A DNA stretch of 64,000 bases. It comes from an uncultured Ruminococcus sp. (GTDB lineage Bacteria; Bacillota; Clostridia; Oscillospirales; CAG-382). The DNA lies in the NCBI GenBank assembly GCA_964571635.1, contig CAZNCN010000001.1, positions 37,705 through 101,704 on the forward strand, read 5' to 3'. Position 1 is the first letter of the stretch. Every line of letters begins with the position of its first letter. The position numbers and the translations under genes are program-made. This document shows positions 38,173-49,600 of the stretch, one piece after another. The notes under the pieces were generated by a model. It was not told the origin of the DNA. It worked only from the letters and a program-made list of their open reading frames with translations, and did no database searches.

Positions 38173-39771
38173 TTATTCCTGTTCGTTTATCTTGAGCTCG
38201 AGATAACTGTCGTGTGTGAACACAGTCCATGCGTTCTCGTGTCCGAGCACCTCGTCACAATCCGCAGGCTCATAGACCTTACGCTTTGCACGCTTGATGC
38301 CTGCCTCGTCCATCCACGCCTCGTGAGATTCGAGCCTGCGCAGGAAGTCGGAATAGTCCTTTTTGGACGGCTGTGTCCAGCAGACCTCTGCGAGTGCCTG
38401 AATTCTCGGATATGCGTTGAGGTCGAACTTTGCGGTATCTCTGACATACTCTGTCCAGAGCGGTGCTTCAAAGCCCATGATGTTGCCCTCGCACGCAGGG
38501 TCGATGCCCATGGTTTCGAGGTCGGCGGAATAGGTCTTTGACAGCGGTCTCATGCAATAGAAGTGATCGAGATAGAAGAAATCGACCTTTGAGATGATGG
38601 CCTTATTGCCGTTTTCGACCCATTTTTTGACTTCGCCGCTGCCGTCGATCCACCACTGAATGACAGCGTCGTCACCGATGTTGGCAGATTCAAGCACCTC
38701 TGTCCAGCCTATAAGGTGTCTGCCGCGCAATGCGAGATGCTTTTGCACGCAGGTGTTGAAATAGCTCTGAAGTGCATCCTCATTCTCGAGCCCGAGCTCT
38801 TTGATGCGAGCCTGGCAGTGCGGGCACTCCTTCCAGCGCTTTTTGGGAACTTCGTCGCCGCCGATGTGGAAGTAAGGGAACGGGAATACCTCAGAAAGCT
38901 CATCGATAACGTCATATGCAAAATCGTATATCTCTTGTCTGCCGCAGCAGCCGATGTTGTCGAGCACGCCCCAGATCGTCGAGACCTCGGTGGGCTCTCT
39001 GCGGCAGGAAAGCTCGGGATAGCAGGCGATAGCACTGACAAGGTGACCCGGCATATCTATTTCGGGAACGATGTTGATGTGCAAGTTTGCGGCATAGTCG
39101 ACTATCTCTTTGAGCTGCTCGAGCGTATAGCTGCAGCCGTCGCCGTAGGGCTCTTCGATGTATTCCGCATTCACGCCGCCCTCTCCGCGGTAAACGACCT
39201 GCGTTTTTGATCTGACTGCGCCCTTTGTGCCGAGCAGAGGATAGTTTTTGAGTGCGATTCTAAAGCCTTGATCGTCGCTGAGATGCCAGTGAAAGACATT
39301 GAGCTTGAGCATTGCCATCATGTCGAGCGTCTGCTTGACCTTTTGCATACCAAAGAAATGTCTTGCCTCGTCAAGCATAAATCCGCGCCAGCGGAATCTG
39401 GGCTTGTCGGTAACACGGCAGAATGCCGTTTCGCCTATTACATTGCCCTTGATGCCTGCGCCGCATATCTGGCGCAATGTCTGCACGGCATAAAAGCTGC
39501 CTGCCTCGGTCGACGCAAGTATCTCGATGCCGTTCTCGTTGACGGTGAGTCTATACTCCTCGTCGGCATAAGAATGGTCATAAACCAATCTCAGCTTGCC
39601 GCTCGGCTGCATGACAAATTCATTGCCACCAAAAACGGTCTTTAAAAACTCAAAGGTCTCTTTGTGCTCGGGCGCACAGAATACGCCTATCTGCTTTTCG
39701 AGCTTGAGCGTGCCCTCATAGGGCAGGTATTCGGTTGGTTCGGGAATGATGCAGGGATTGATCTTTTGCAT
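38173..39771 (-). CDS. Beta-N-acetylhexosaminidase, glycoside hydrolase family 20
   Basis: RGFMLDEARHF, FHWHLSDDQGFRI and HIGGDEV motifs. No signal peptide seen. Confidence 0.8.
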   Translation of the reverse strand: MQKINPCIIPEPTEYLPYEGTLKLEKQIGVFCAPEHKETFEFLKTVFGGNEFVMQPSGKLRLVYDHSYADEEYRLTVNENGIEILASTEAGSFYAVQTLRQICGAGIKGNVIGETAFCRVTDKPRFRWRGFMLDEARHFFGMQKVKQTLDMMAMLKLNVFHWHLSDDQGFRIALKNYPLLGTKGAVRSKTQVVYRGEGGVNAEYIEEPYGDGCSYTLEQLKEIVDYAANLHINIVPEIDMPGHLVSAIACYPELSCRREPTEVSTIWGVLDNIGCCGRQEIYDFAYDVIDELSEVFPFPYFHIGGDEVPKKRWKECPHCQARIKELGLENEDALQSYFNTCVQKHLALRGRHLIGWTEVLESANIGDDAVIQWWIDGSGEVKKWVENGNKAIISKVDFFYLDHFYCMRPLSKTYSADLETMGIDPACEGNIMGFEAPLWTEYVRDTAKFDLNAYPRIQALAEVCWTQPSKKDYSDFLRRLESHEAWMDEAGIKRAKRKVYEPADCDEVLGHENAWTVFTHDSYLELKINEQE

Positions 39772-39797
39772 GTTTTTGTCCTCCTGAAAATGTTTTT

Positions 39798-42233
<2,436 letters not shown>

Positions 42234-42250
42234 TTGTGTTTTAAGCCTCC

Positions 42251-43078
42251 TTATTTCAGCACATCATAAACTATGGCGGTCAGGCCGACTGTGATGCAAT
42301 AAACGGTAAATACGCCGAACCGTTTTTTGCCGGCAATGTATTTAAGCAATCCTATCGCCAAAAGTCCGACGAAAAACGCAGTGAGCGAGCCCGCAAGCAA
42401 CGGCAGAATCTCGGCTTTTGTCAGTGTGCCTGTAAAAAGCGACGGCAATTCGAGCACCGCAGCCCCCAAAATTGCAGGGACTGACATCAAAAACGAAAAT
42501 TTCACGGCGTCATCACGCTTTAATCCGCCTGCAATGCCGCCGACTATCGTCGAGCCAGAGCGTGAAATGCCGGGCATTACGGCAAAAAGCTGCAACGCAC
42601 CGATCATCAGCGCGTTCCTGCCCGTGAGCGAGCCTATATCGTGCTCACCCTCCTGCAATTTGTCGCCGATGAAAAGCAATATTCCGTTGATAATGAGCAG
42701 AGCGCCGATCAGCCAGAGCTTTGATCTGATGCTTGCGACATAACCATCGAGGAACGCCGCGGGAATCAGCGGCAGCGATGCTATGCAAAGCATCAAAAAC
42801 AGCTTTTCGTCCGAAGTGAGCGCCTCTTTTATCCTGCCGCAGAACAGCTTTTTTAAAAGCGTGAAAAAGCCCCTTATCACCGAAATGACCTCTGCACTGT
42901 ACACCGCACACACCGCAAGCAGTGTGGCGATATGCAGCATGACGTCAAACGCAGCCGACGCTTCGCCGACATCGCCCAAAAAGGCGTGCAGCAATGCAAG
43001 ATGTCCGCTGCTTGAAATAGGCAGAAATTCTGTTATTCCCTGTAATAATCCGTATAAAATGCTCTCGCCAACAGTCAT
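42251..43078 (-). CDS. uppP: Undecaprenyl-diphosphate phosphatase
   Basis: EFLPISSSGHL and PGISRSGSTI motifs. Start at MTVGES (43078). Confidence 0.9.
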   Translation of the reverse strand: MTVGESILYGLLQGITEFLPISSSGHLALLHAFLGDVGEASAAFDVMLHIATLLAVCAVYSAEVISVIRGFFTLLKKLFCGRIKEALTSDEKLFLMLCIASLPLIPAAFLDGYVASIRSKLWLIGALLIINGILLFIGDKLQEGEHDIGSLTGRNALMIGALQLFAVMPGISRSGSTIVGGIAGGLKRDDAVKFSFLMSVPAILGAAVLELPSLFTGTLTKAEILPLLAGSLTAFFVGLLAIGLLKYIAGKKRFGVFTVYCITVGLTAIVYDVLK

Positions 43079-43115
43079 AATACACCTCGGAAAATAGCGA
43101 ATATCACTTGCCTTA

Positions 43116-43143
43116 GCAAATACCACTCGGTTTGCGCCGAATG
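43116..43143 (-). repeat. Conserved hairpin motif, copy C (in the uppP leader)
   Basis: Minus-strand sequence CATTCGGCGCAAACCGAGTGGTATTTGC. It matches 55486-55512 at 24 of 27 positions plus a 1-nt indel. Confidence 0.7.
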
Positions 43144-43161
43144 TTCCATTCGTCCTTTATT

Positions 43162-43190
43162 ATTCTATCACAATGATATTTTAATGTCAA
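43162..43190 (-). promoter_or_regulatory. Sigma-A-type promoter for uppP (extended -10)
   Basis: On the minus strand: TTGACA, 17 bp spacer, TAGAAT, with TGA immediately upstream of the -10. It leaves a leader of about 80-90 nt. Confidence 0.5.
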
Positions 43191-43205
43191 CTGCTATACG
43201 CACGA

Positions 43206-43234
43206 TTGACAAACTGCAAAACCTGTTGTATAAT
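43206..43234 (+). promoter_or_regulatory. Sigma-A-type promoter for the 43297 gene
   Basis: TTGACA, 17 bp spacer, TATAAT (consensus). Confidence 0.55.
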
Positions 43235-43296
43235 TAGCTGTTAAAAGGCACTTTTAGTGCTCACACGATCATTATATTGCAAAGGAGAGCCGCAAA

Positions 43297-44211
43297 ATGC
43301 TTGCTGCTTTAAGAAATTTCACTATATCTTTTTTCGTATGCCTGCTCGTATTCGGCTATGCAGGCTACGCATACATCTGGCCTGCCGTGCATGACATGGT
43401 CGATTTCACCGAAACTTCAAGCGGCGATAACGTTTCGAGTGACGACGTTTCGGGCGGCAGTCACACAGGGCCTGTCGACCTCACCGACGGCAGAACCGTC
43501 ACCGTTCTGTTCATTTGCAAGACTACATCGGGCAAGGTGTGCAACGTCACGCTTGCGAGAGCCAACGAGGGCACAAAGCGGTTTACCTATTGCCGCATAC
43601 CTATTTCGACCAGCACCATCAACAAGGTCGGCGTCAAAGTGCCCATCGACTATTATCTCGAAACCGCAACACTCACCGAGGCCAAAGCAAAGCTTGCTTC
43701 GCTCACAGGCTATAACATCGATCACTGCGTCATCGTCGAACAAAAGGCGGCAAAAGAATTGCTGACAAAGCTTCAAGACCCTTACTTTGATGTTTCGAGA
43801 ACCATAATATATGTCAATCCTGAATATTCAGGCAAAGAATATTCCGAGGGCAACGTGCCCGACGACTATTATATAACCGTCAATGCCTCGCGCTGTGTGC
43901 TTGACGCAGCCATGCTCGATGCCGTGCTCAGCGGCAATATAACCGTTTCGGGCACGTCGACGACCACAATAGCAGGCGATCTCTATGCCTCGCTCTTTGA
44001 GCAGTTCATGAAAAACCCGGGCACAAAGCGCAATACTGCCGCATTGTCCTACCTGCTCAACCACGTCAGGGCAGATATAACAGTCAACGACATCGAAACA
44101 GACAGCGGCATATTCTTTACCTATGACGAATATCCCACCGTGACCAGCGTCACCTATCCGTCAGACTGGGCGACCGCCGTCAAAATGTTCAGAGAAGCAG
44201 ACGGCAGATAA
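43297..44211 (+). CDS. Membrane-anchored extracytoplasmic protein, uncharacterised (possibly a divergent LytR-CpsA-Psr-like fold)
   Basis: 304 aa. N-terminal TM anchor and GGAGAG RBS. The arrangement after the anchor loosely resembles LCP proteins, but the conserved acidic/Arg residues could not be confirmed by eye. Confidence 0.35.
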   Translation: MLAALRNFTISFFVCLLVFGYAGYAYIWPAVHDMVDFTETSSGDNVSSDDVSGGSHTGPVDLTDGRTVTVLFICKTTSGKVCNVTLARANEGTKRFTYCRIPISTSTINKVGVKVPIDYYLETATLTEAKAKLASLTGYNIDHCVIVEQKAAKELLTKLQDPYFDVSRTIIYVNPEYSGKEYSEGNVPDDYYITVNASRCVLDAAMLDAVLSGNITVSGTSTTTIAGDLYASLFEQFMKNPGTKRNTAALSYLLNHVRADITVNDIETDSGIFFTYDEYPTVTSVTYPSDWATAVKMFREADGR

Positions 44212-44279
44212 ATATTTGCCGCTGCAGTTCAACATTCCAACTATAAACGTATAAACCTATAACCAAAGGAAGCAACACC

Positions 44280-45545
44280 ATGAGACCCGAAACCAAATGC
44301 ATCCATGCAGGATACAATCCTCACGGCGGAGAGCCGCTCGCTATGCCGATATGCCAGTCGACGACGTTCGCATACGACTCAACAGACCACATAGGCAAGA
44401 TATTTGACCTTGACGCAGACGGCGATATGTATTCGCGCATCAGCAACCCCACAGTTGCCAACGTCGAGCGCAAGATCGCCGCTCTCGAGGGCGGTGTCGG
44501 CTGCGTATGCCTCACATCGGGACAGACGGCGTCGTTTATGTCGCTGTTCAACATTCTGAGCGCAGGCGACCATTTTGTCACAACCGCAAAGATATACGGC
44601 GGCACGACCAACCTTTTTGCGGTGACCATGAAGCGCATGGGCATCGACTGCACGTTCGTCGATCAGGAGGCGAGCGAAGAGGAGATACAAAAAGCATTTA
44701 AGCCAAACACCAAGGCAATGTTCGGCGAAACGCTCGCAAACCCTGCACTTACCGTGCTCGACATACGCAAAATGGCTGACATCGCACACAAAAACGGCGT
44801 TCCCCTCATCATAGACAACACCTTCCCCACCCCCATACTCTGCCGTCCGATAGAGCACGGCGCAGATATAGTCGTGCATTCGACGACAAAATACATGGAC
44901 GGCCACGCCGTTCAGGTCGGCGGCGCAGTCATAGACAGCGGCAATTTTGTATGGACAAAAGAAAAATATCCCGGGCTCTGCACTCCCGATGAATCATATC
45001 ACGGTGTGACCTATACAGAGAAATTCGGCAAGATGGCATACCTCACCAAATTGCGTGCGCAATTAGTGCGTGACATCGGTGTATGCCCCACCGCCATGGC
45101 AGCGTTCCTGCTCGACCTCGGCTTACAGACGCTTGCCGTGAGGGTCAAAGCCCACTGCGAGAACGCTCTCAGGGTGGCACAGTTCCTGCAGGATTCCGAC
45201 AAGGTCGAGAGCGTGTCTTATCCCACACTCGCATCAGACCCCTGCCACGAGCTCGCACAGAAATATCTGCCCGACGGCTGCGGCGGAGTTATAAGCTTTG
45301 TCATTAAAGGCGGCAGAGACAGTGCAAAAACGTTCATGGACTCGCTCAAGCTCTGCAAGAACGTCGTTCACGTCGCAACAGTTCACACCTGCGTTTTGCA
45401 TCCCGCATCCGAAACGCATCGCCAGCTCACAGATGCGCAGCTTGCGGCAGCAGGCATCAGCCCCGGAATGGTCAGACTTTCTGTCGGCATCGAGAGCATC
45501 GACGATATTTTGGCGGATATCAAGCAGGCTTTTGAAAAAATATAG
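44280..45545 (+). CDS. metY: O-acetylhomoserine sulfhydrylase / Cys-Met metabolism PLP enzyme
   Basis: 421 aa. HAGxxP...PIxQSTTF N-terminus, SxTKYMDGH PLP-lysine motif, C-terminal RLSVGIE. Confidence 0.8.
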   Translation: MRPETKCIHAGYNPHGGEPLAMPICQSTTFAYDSTDHIGKIFDLDADGDMYSRISNPTVANVERKIAALEGGVGCVCLTSGQTASFMSLFNILSAGDHFVTTAKIYGGTTNLFAVTMKRMGIDCTFVDQEASEEEIQKAFKPNTKAMFGETLANPALTVLDIRKMADIAHKNGVPLIIDNTFPTPILCRPIEHGADIVVHSTTKYMDGHAVQVGGAVIDSGNFVWTKEKYPGLCTPDESYHGVTYTEKFGKMAYLTKLRAQLVRDIGVCPTAMAAFLLDLGLQTLAVRVKAHCENALRVAQFLQDSDKVESVSYPTLASDPCHELAQKYLPDGCGGVISFVIKGGRDSAKTFMDSLKLCKNVVHVATVHTCVLHPASETHRQLTDAQLAAAGISPGMVRLSVGIESIDDILADIKQAFEKI

Positions 45546-45632
45546 CATTACCCCCTTGCAAAACAAAACACTTTGTGATAACATAATGCTACTGATTAAT
45601 ATTATCAGGTACTATTTATTTGGAGGTGCCTT

Positions 45633-45806
45633 ATGGCATACAAGATCGATAAAGAAAAATGCATAGGCTGCGGTACCTGCGAGAGCGAGTGCCCCGTTTC
45701 TGCAATCAGCGTTGACGCTGACGGCAAGTACGTCATCGACGAGGATGCTTGCGTCGAGTGCGGCGCATGTGCAGGCGTTTGCCCTGTTGATGCTCCCAAC
45801 GCATAA
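45633..45806 (+). CDS. fdx: 2x[4Fe-4S] clostridial-type ferredoxin (57 aa; below the ORF-track length cutoff)
   Basis: Hand translation: MAYKIDKEKCIGCGTCESECPVSAISVDADGKYVIDEDACVECGACAGVCPVDAPNA. Two CxxCxxCxxxCP motifs, with GGAGG 6 nt upstream of the ATG. Confidence 0.85.
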   Translation: MAYKIDKEKCIGCGTCESECPVSAISVDADGKYVIDEDACVECGACAGVCPVDAPNA

Positions 45807-45952
45807 TTGGCATTTAAAAAATCAATCTGTTGGCGCGTCAAGCGCGCTGAGCAAAGTGCGCTCCGCTTTTTAAGCGAGGCGTTTTTTGCTTTTCAGGGCG
45901 ACAAAAGCCCTGTATTTACGACCGATTTCCACACAAAGCGTGAAACATTAAC

Positions 45953-46678
45953 ATGATACATTCAAACAACATCAACGCATCGCTCGTCATAAACGAGCCT
46001 CACGGCGGCATCAGGTTCGGCACGGACGCATTGTTGCTCGCGCACTTTATGCTGCCGTCGGCAGGCAAAAAAGGTCTCGACATCGGCACAGGCTCGGGTG
46101 TGATATCGCTGCTTTATCTGTCGCAAAACTTTTCGTCAACCGTCACAGGCATCGAGATACAAAGCGAATACGCCGAGTGTGCGGCAAAAAACGCTGCTGA
46201 CAACAGTCTTGGTGACAGGTTTTCTGTCGTGTGCGGTGACGTGCGTGAATATAAAAAGCATTTTGTGTGCGGAGAGTTTGATTTTGTTTTTTCAAATCCA
46301 CCTTACCACAAAGCAGGCTCGGGCATAGCAAGCAGCCTTGCCAAGCGTGACGACGCATTCAGAGAGAATCTCTGCACGCTTTGCGACCTCGCTGCAGCCT
46401 CGGCATGGGCGTTAAAAAGCGGCGGCAGGTTTTTTGCGGTATACCGTCCCGAAAGGCTCTCTGAAATGCTGTCACAGCTTACATTTTGTCGCATCGAACC
46501 AAAGAGGCTGACTCTGGTCATGCCCGACTGCGATGCAAAGCCCTCACTGGTGCTGGTCGAGGGCCGCAAGGACGGCAAGCCGGGGCTCGACATCGCGCCA
46601 CCGCTTTATATCTTTAAGGATAGCACTCATACCGACTATTCAGAACGTATGGCTGCCGTTTATGCCGCATTTGATTGA
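45953..46678 (+). CDS. SAM-dependent N6-adenine methyltransferase, tRNA1(Val) m6A37 (TrmN6/YfiC)-like
   Basis: SAM motif LDIGTGSGVISL and catalytic NPPY (FSNPPYH). Size and layout match TrmN6. Confidence 0.6.
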   Translation: MIHSNNINASLVINEPHGGIRFGTDALLLAHFMLPSAGKKGLDIGTGSGVISLLYLSQNFSSTVTGIEIQSEYAECAAKNAADNSLGDRFSVVCGDVREYKKHFVCGEFDFVFSNPPYHKAGSGIASSLAKRDDAFRENLCTLCDLAAASAWALKSGGRFFAVYRPERLSEMLSQLTFCRIEPKRLTLVMPDCDAKPSLVLVEGRKDGKPGLDIAPPLYIFKDSTHTDYSERMAAVYAAFD

Positions 46679-46696
46679 CCTTATTCAATTAGCGTA

Positions 46697-49600
46697 ATGA
46701 AACAAAAAAAGCTTTTTGCACTGCTGACCTCGCTGATAATATTGCTTTCGGCGGTCTGCATCGGACTTTCCGACGCAGGCCTTATTTTCGTCTGCCGTGA
46801 CGATATGCCGCAGGGCGAGATGATAATTGCACTCAGCAAAGCTCCGGGCGAAAAGTTGCTCTCTCAATACGGCTTATCTTTGCTTGGCGGCGACATATAT
46901 GTTGCAAGCAGGGCAGATGCATTGAGATTAAAAGCCGAGCATGGCGATCTTGTCAGATATGTCGAGGACAACACAGAGCGCAAAGCCGCAATAAACGAAG
47001 CTATGCCAGACCCCGCCGAAAAGCCATATGAATACCCCATGCTCGAATTGCAAAAGGCGCACGAGCTCACCAAGGGCGACAAAGACACTGTCATCGCCGT
47101 GCTCGATACAGGTGTAAAAAAGAGCGACATATCATTGTCGGGTGCTCATATTCTGGACGGCTATGACACGTCATCGGGCACTGCCGTCGTTTCTGACGCG
47201 ACAGGACACGGCACAAAGATATGCTCGCTGATATACGCGGTCGCTCCCGACTGCACGATAATGCCCGTCAAGGTATCGCGCGGCTCTTCGACAATATACA
47301 CATCAGATCTCATCAAAGGCTTGCATTACGCCGCAGACAACGGTGCAAAGATAATCAACCTGTCATTCGGCGGCTATAACTATTCATACGCCGAGCAGGA
47401 GGCTGTCGATTATTGCGTTTCAAAGGGCTGCATTCTGATAGCCGCCGTCGGCAACGACGGCATGACGGCGCTTGCCGACCAGCCGAATTATCCCGCGTGC
47501 TATGAGGGCGTGATAGGTGTCGGCTCGATAGGCAAGGACTGGCAGGAGAGCGAGTTTTCACAGAGCATGGGCGCTGATATTTTTGCACCCGGCGAAATGA
47601 TAACATTAAAGACAGACGACGGCGTTTCTGCCGAAAACGGCACGTCATATTCAGCGGCGTTTGTTTCGGGCACGGCAGCACTTTGTGCATCGATATGCAG
47701 AGAATGCAGGTTCGAGACAGGCGAATATGAGTTTTTGATCACGCTTTGCGGCACACAGTCGCCGAGCACGCTCAAAATGACAGAGGCATCGCTTTATCCC
47801 GCAGTGACAGGCGTAAGCGACAAGGCAGAATACGCAAACGAAGTATATATTTATTTTAATCGGGGCACAGCGTATCTTGACGGCGAAGAGATCGACGACG
47901 GCGAAAGAGTGTTTATCAGAGGACAGCACACGCTCGTCGTTTCGCACCTCGGGCGCAGTGTGACTGTTTCTTTTTCGATAACCTCGTCCGGCCCCGAATA
48001 TACAAAACGCTCACAGGACGGTGCTGTGGTCATTTTGTTTGAAAGCGGCGACGCCTATCTTGACGGCGTGCCTTATGCTGCGGGTCAGCCGATAACCGCA
48101 GAGGGCGAGCATTATTTTGAGATAACGGCAGGCGGAGTGACCTTGAGCGAAACGTTTTTGCTCGAGGGCGAATGTGCGGTGTTCGGCGCTTCGGACAACG
48201 CAAACTATCAAACACCGATAGCTATATATCTCACCAAAGAAGCAATGCTTGACGGCACAGCCGTCAGCGGCGAAATATTTGTCGGCGAGGGCGAGCACGT
48301 CCTGATGATCGGCGAAAGAGAAATAAATTTTTATGTCGGCGACAAAAGAGAGGTCTATTCCCCTCTCGGCGGCAGTACGGCAGTCGGCGGCGGTGACAGA
48401 ATAGCCGTATTCAAAAAAGGTGTCGCAGGCATAACGCTGTTCGACATTCACGATCTGTCAAAGGCGGCTTTGTTTATTTCGACCTCAGAGCCTGTCACAG
48501 ACTGCACGATCATCGATCAAGACGTTGTGACTCTCATGCAGACGCAGATAGCTGTTTTTGATGCTGTAAGCGGCAATATTATCTCGACACACAGCATATC
48601 CGAGCAGTGTCTTGCCGTAAACCATATAGGCGAAAGAATATACTATATCTCGCAAAACACGCTTTTTACGATTCAGGACGGTGTCGAAGCGGCGCTCTGC
48701 ACAAGTGATGCGAAATTTGACAGTCTGTCGTGCTCCGAAGGCAGCATCGCACTTTACGACAGCATGTCGGACGACGGAAAGATAACGCTTTATAACACAG
48801 ACACCTCGACAGCATCGGTGCTGTCTGTCGACGCCTCGCAGCTCGGTAAAAAAATATTGCTTGATGAAACAAGGCTCATCTGCGGCAGGCATGTTTTTGA
48901 CCTGCAAAAAGGCGAATTGCTGCTCGAAACAGATGTCGGCGACGTCATATGCATATCAAACGGTGCGTATATTTGCAAAAAAGGCGCTGCCGACCTTGCC
49001 ACAGGCGCTGTGCTTTGCAAATACGACAGCGAAGCACTTTTTGCGTTCGACACTGCCGAAAAGTTGGTGATAGCGTTTGCCGACAAGACCGTCACAGAAT
49101 CGGCATCGGATATATTCGGTTACGGCGGCTATGCTGTCTGCGATACCTTTGTGCCAAGAAAAGAAGGCGTTCTGTTTAAAAACGATATAACCTCTGTCTG
49201 CAATTTCGGCAGCGGAATGCTCTTGACTGCCGAGGGCGACAGGAATGTTTATTATTATGACGGAAACCAAGTGACAGTCTTTGAAGTCCTGCCTTTTGTG
49301 CCGGACAAGGTGTTTGCCGACGGCGAAAAGGTCTTTTTGACCTTCAAAAACAAAAAACTTTTGATGCTTGTCGAAAATGACGGGCTTACAAGCATCACAG
49401 TCCCCTCGCCTGTCGAAGCGATGGCGTTCTGTGATGGCAGAGTATTTATGCTCATAAGCGGCACACTTGCGGAATTGCAGGCCGACAAAACAATTCTGTC
49501 TTATCCGCTCGTATCCGCCACGGCGATAGCTGCGACAGACGGCAGGCTCATAACCGCCAGCAGGCGCAATATAAATGTGTTTGGCATCGCCGACATGACG

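Noticed and set aside
44212-44279. Looked for an S-box/SAM riboswitch before metY, an L-box before dapA (25121-25222) and a T-box before ileS.
   Set aside because: The leaders are only about 70, 100 and 3 nt long, too short for these riboswitches, and none of the conserved boxes were seen.
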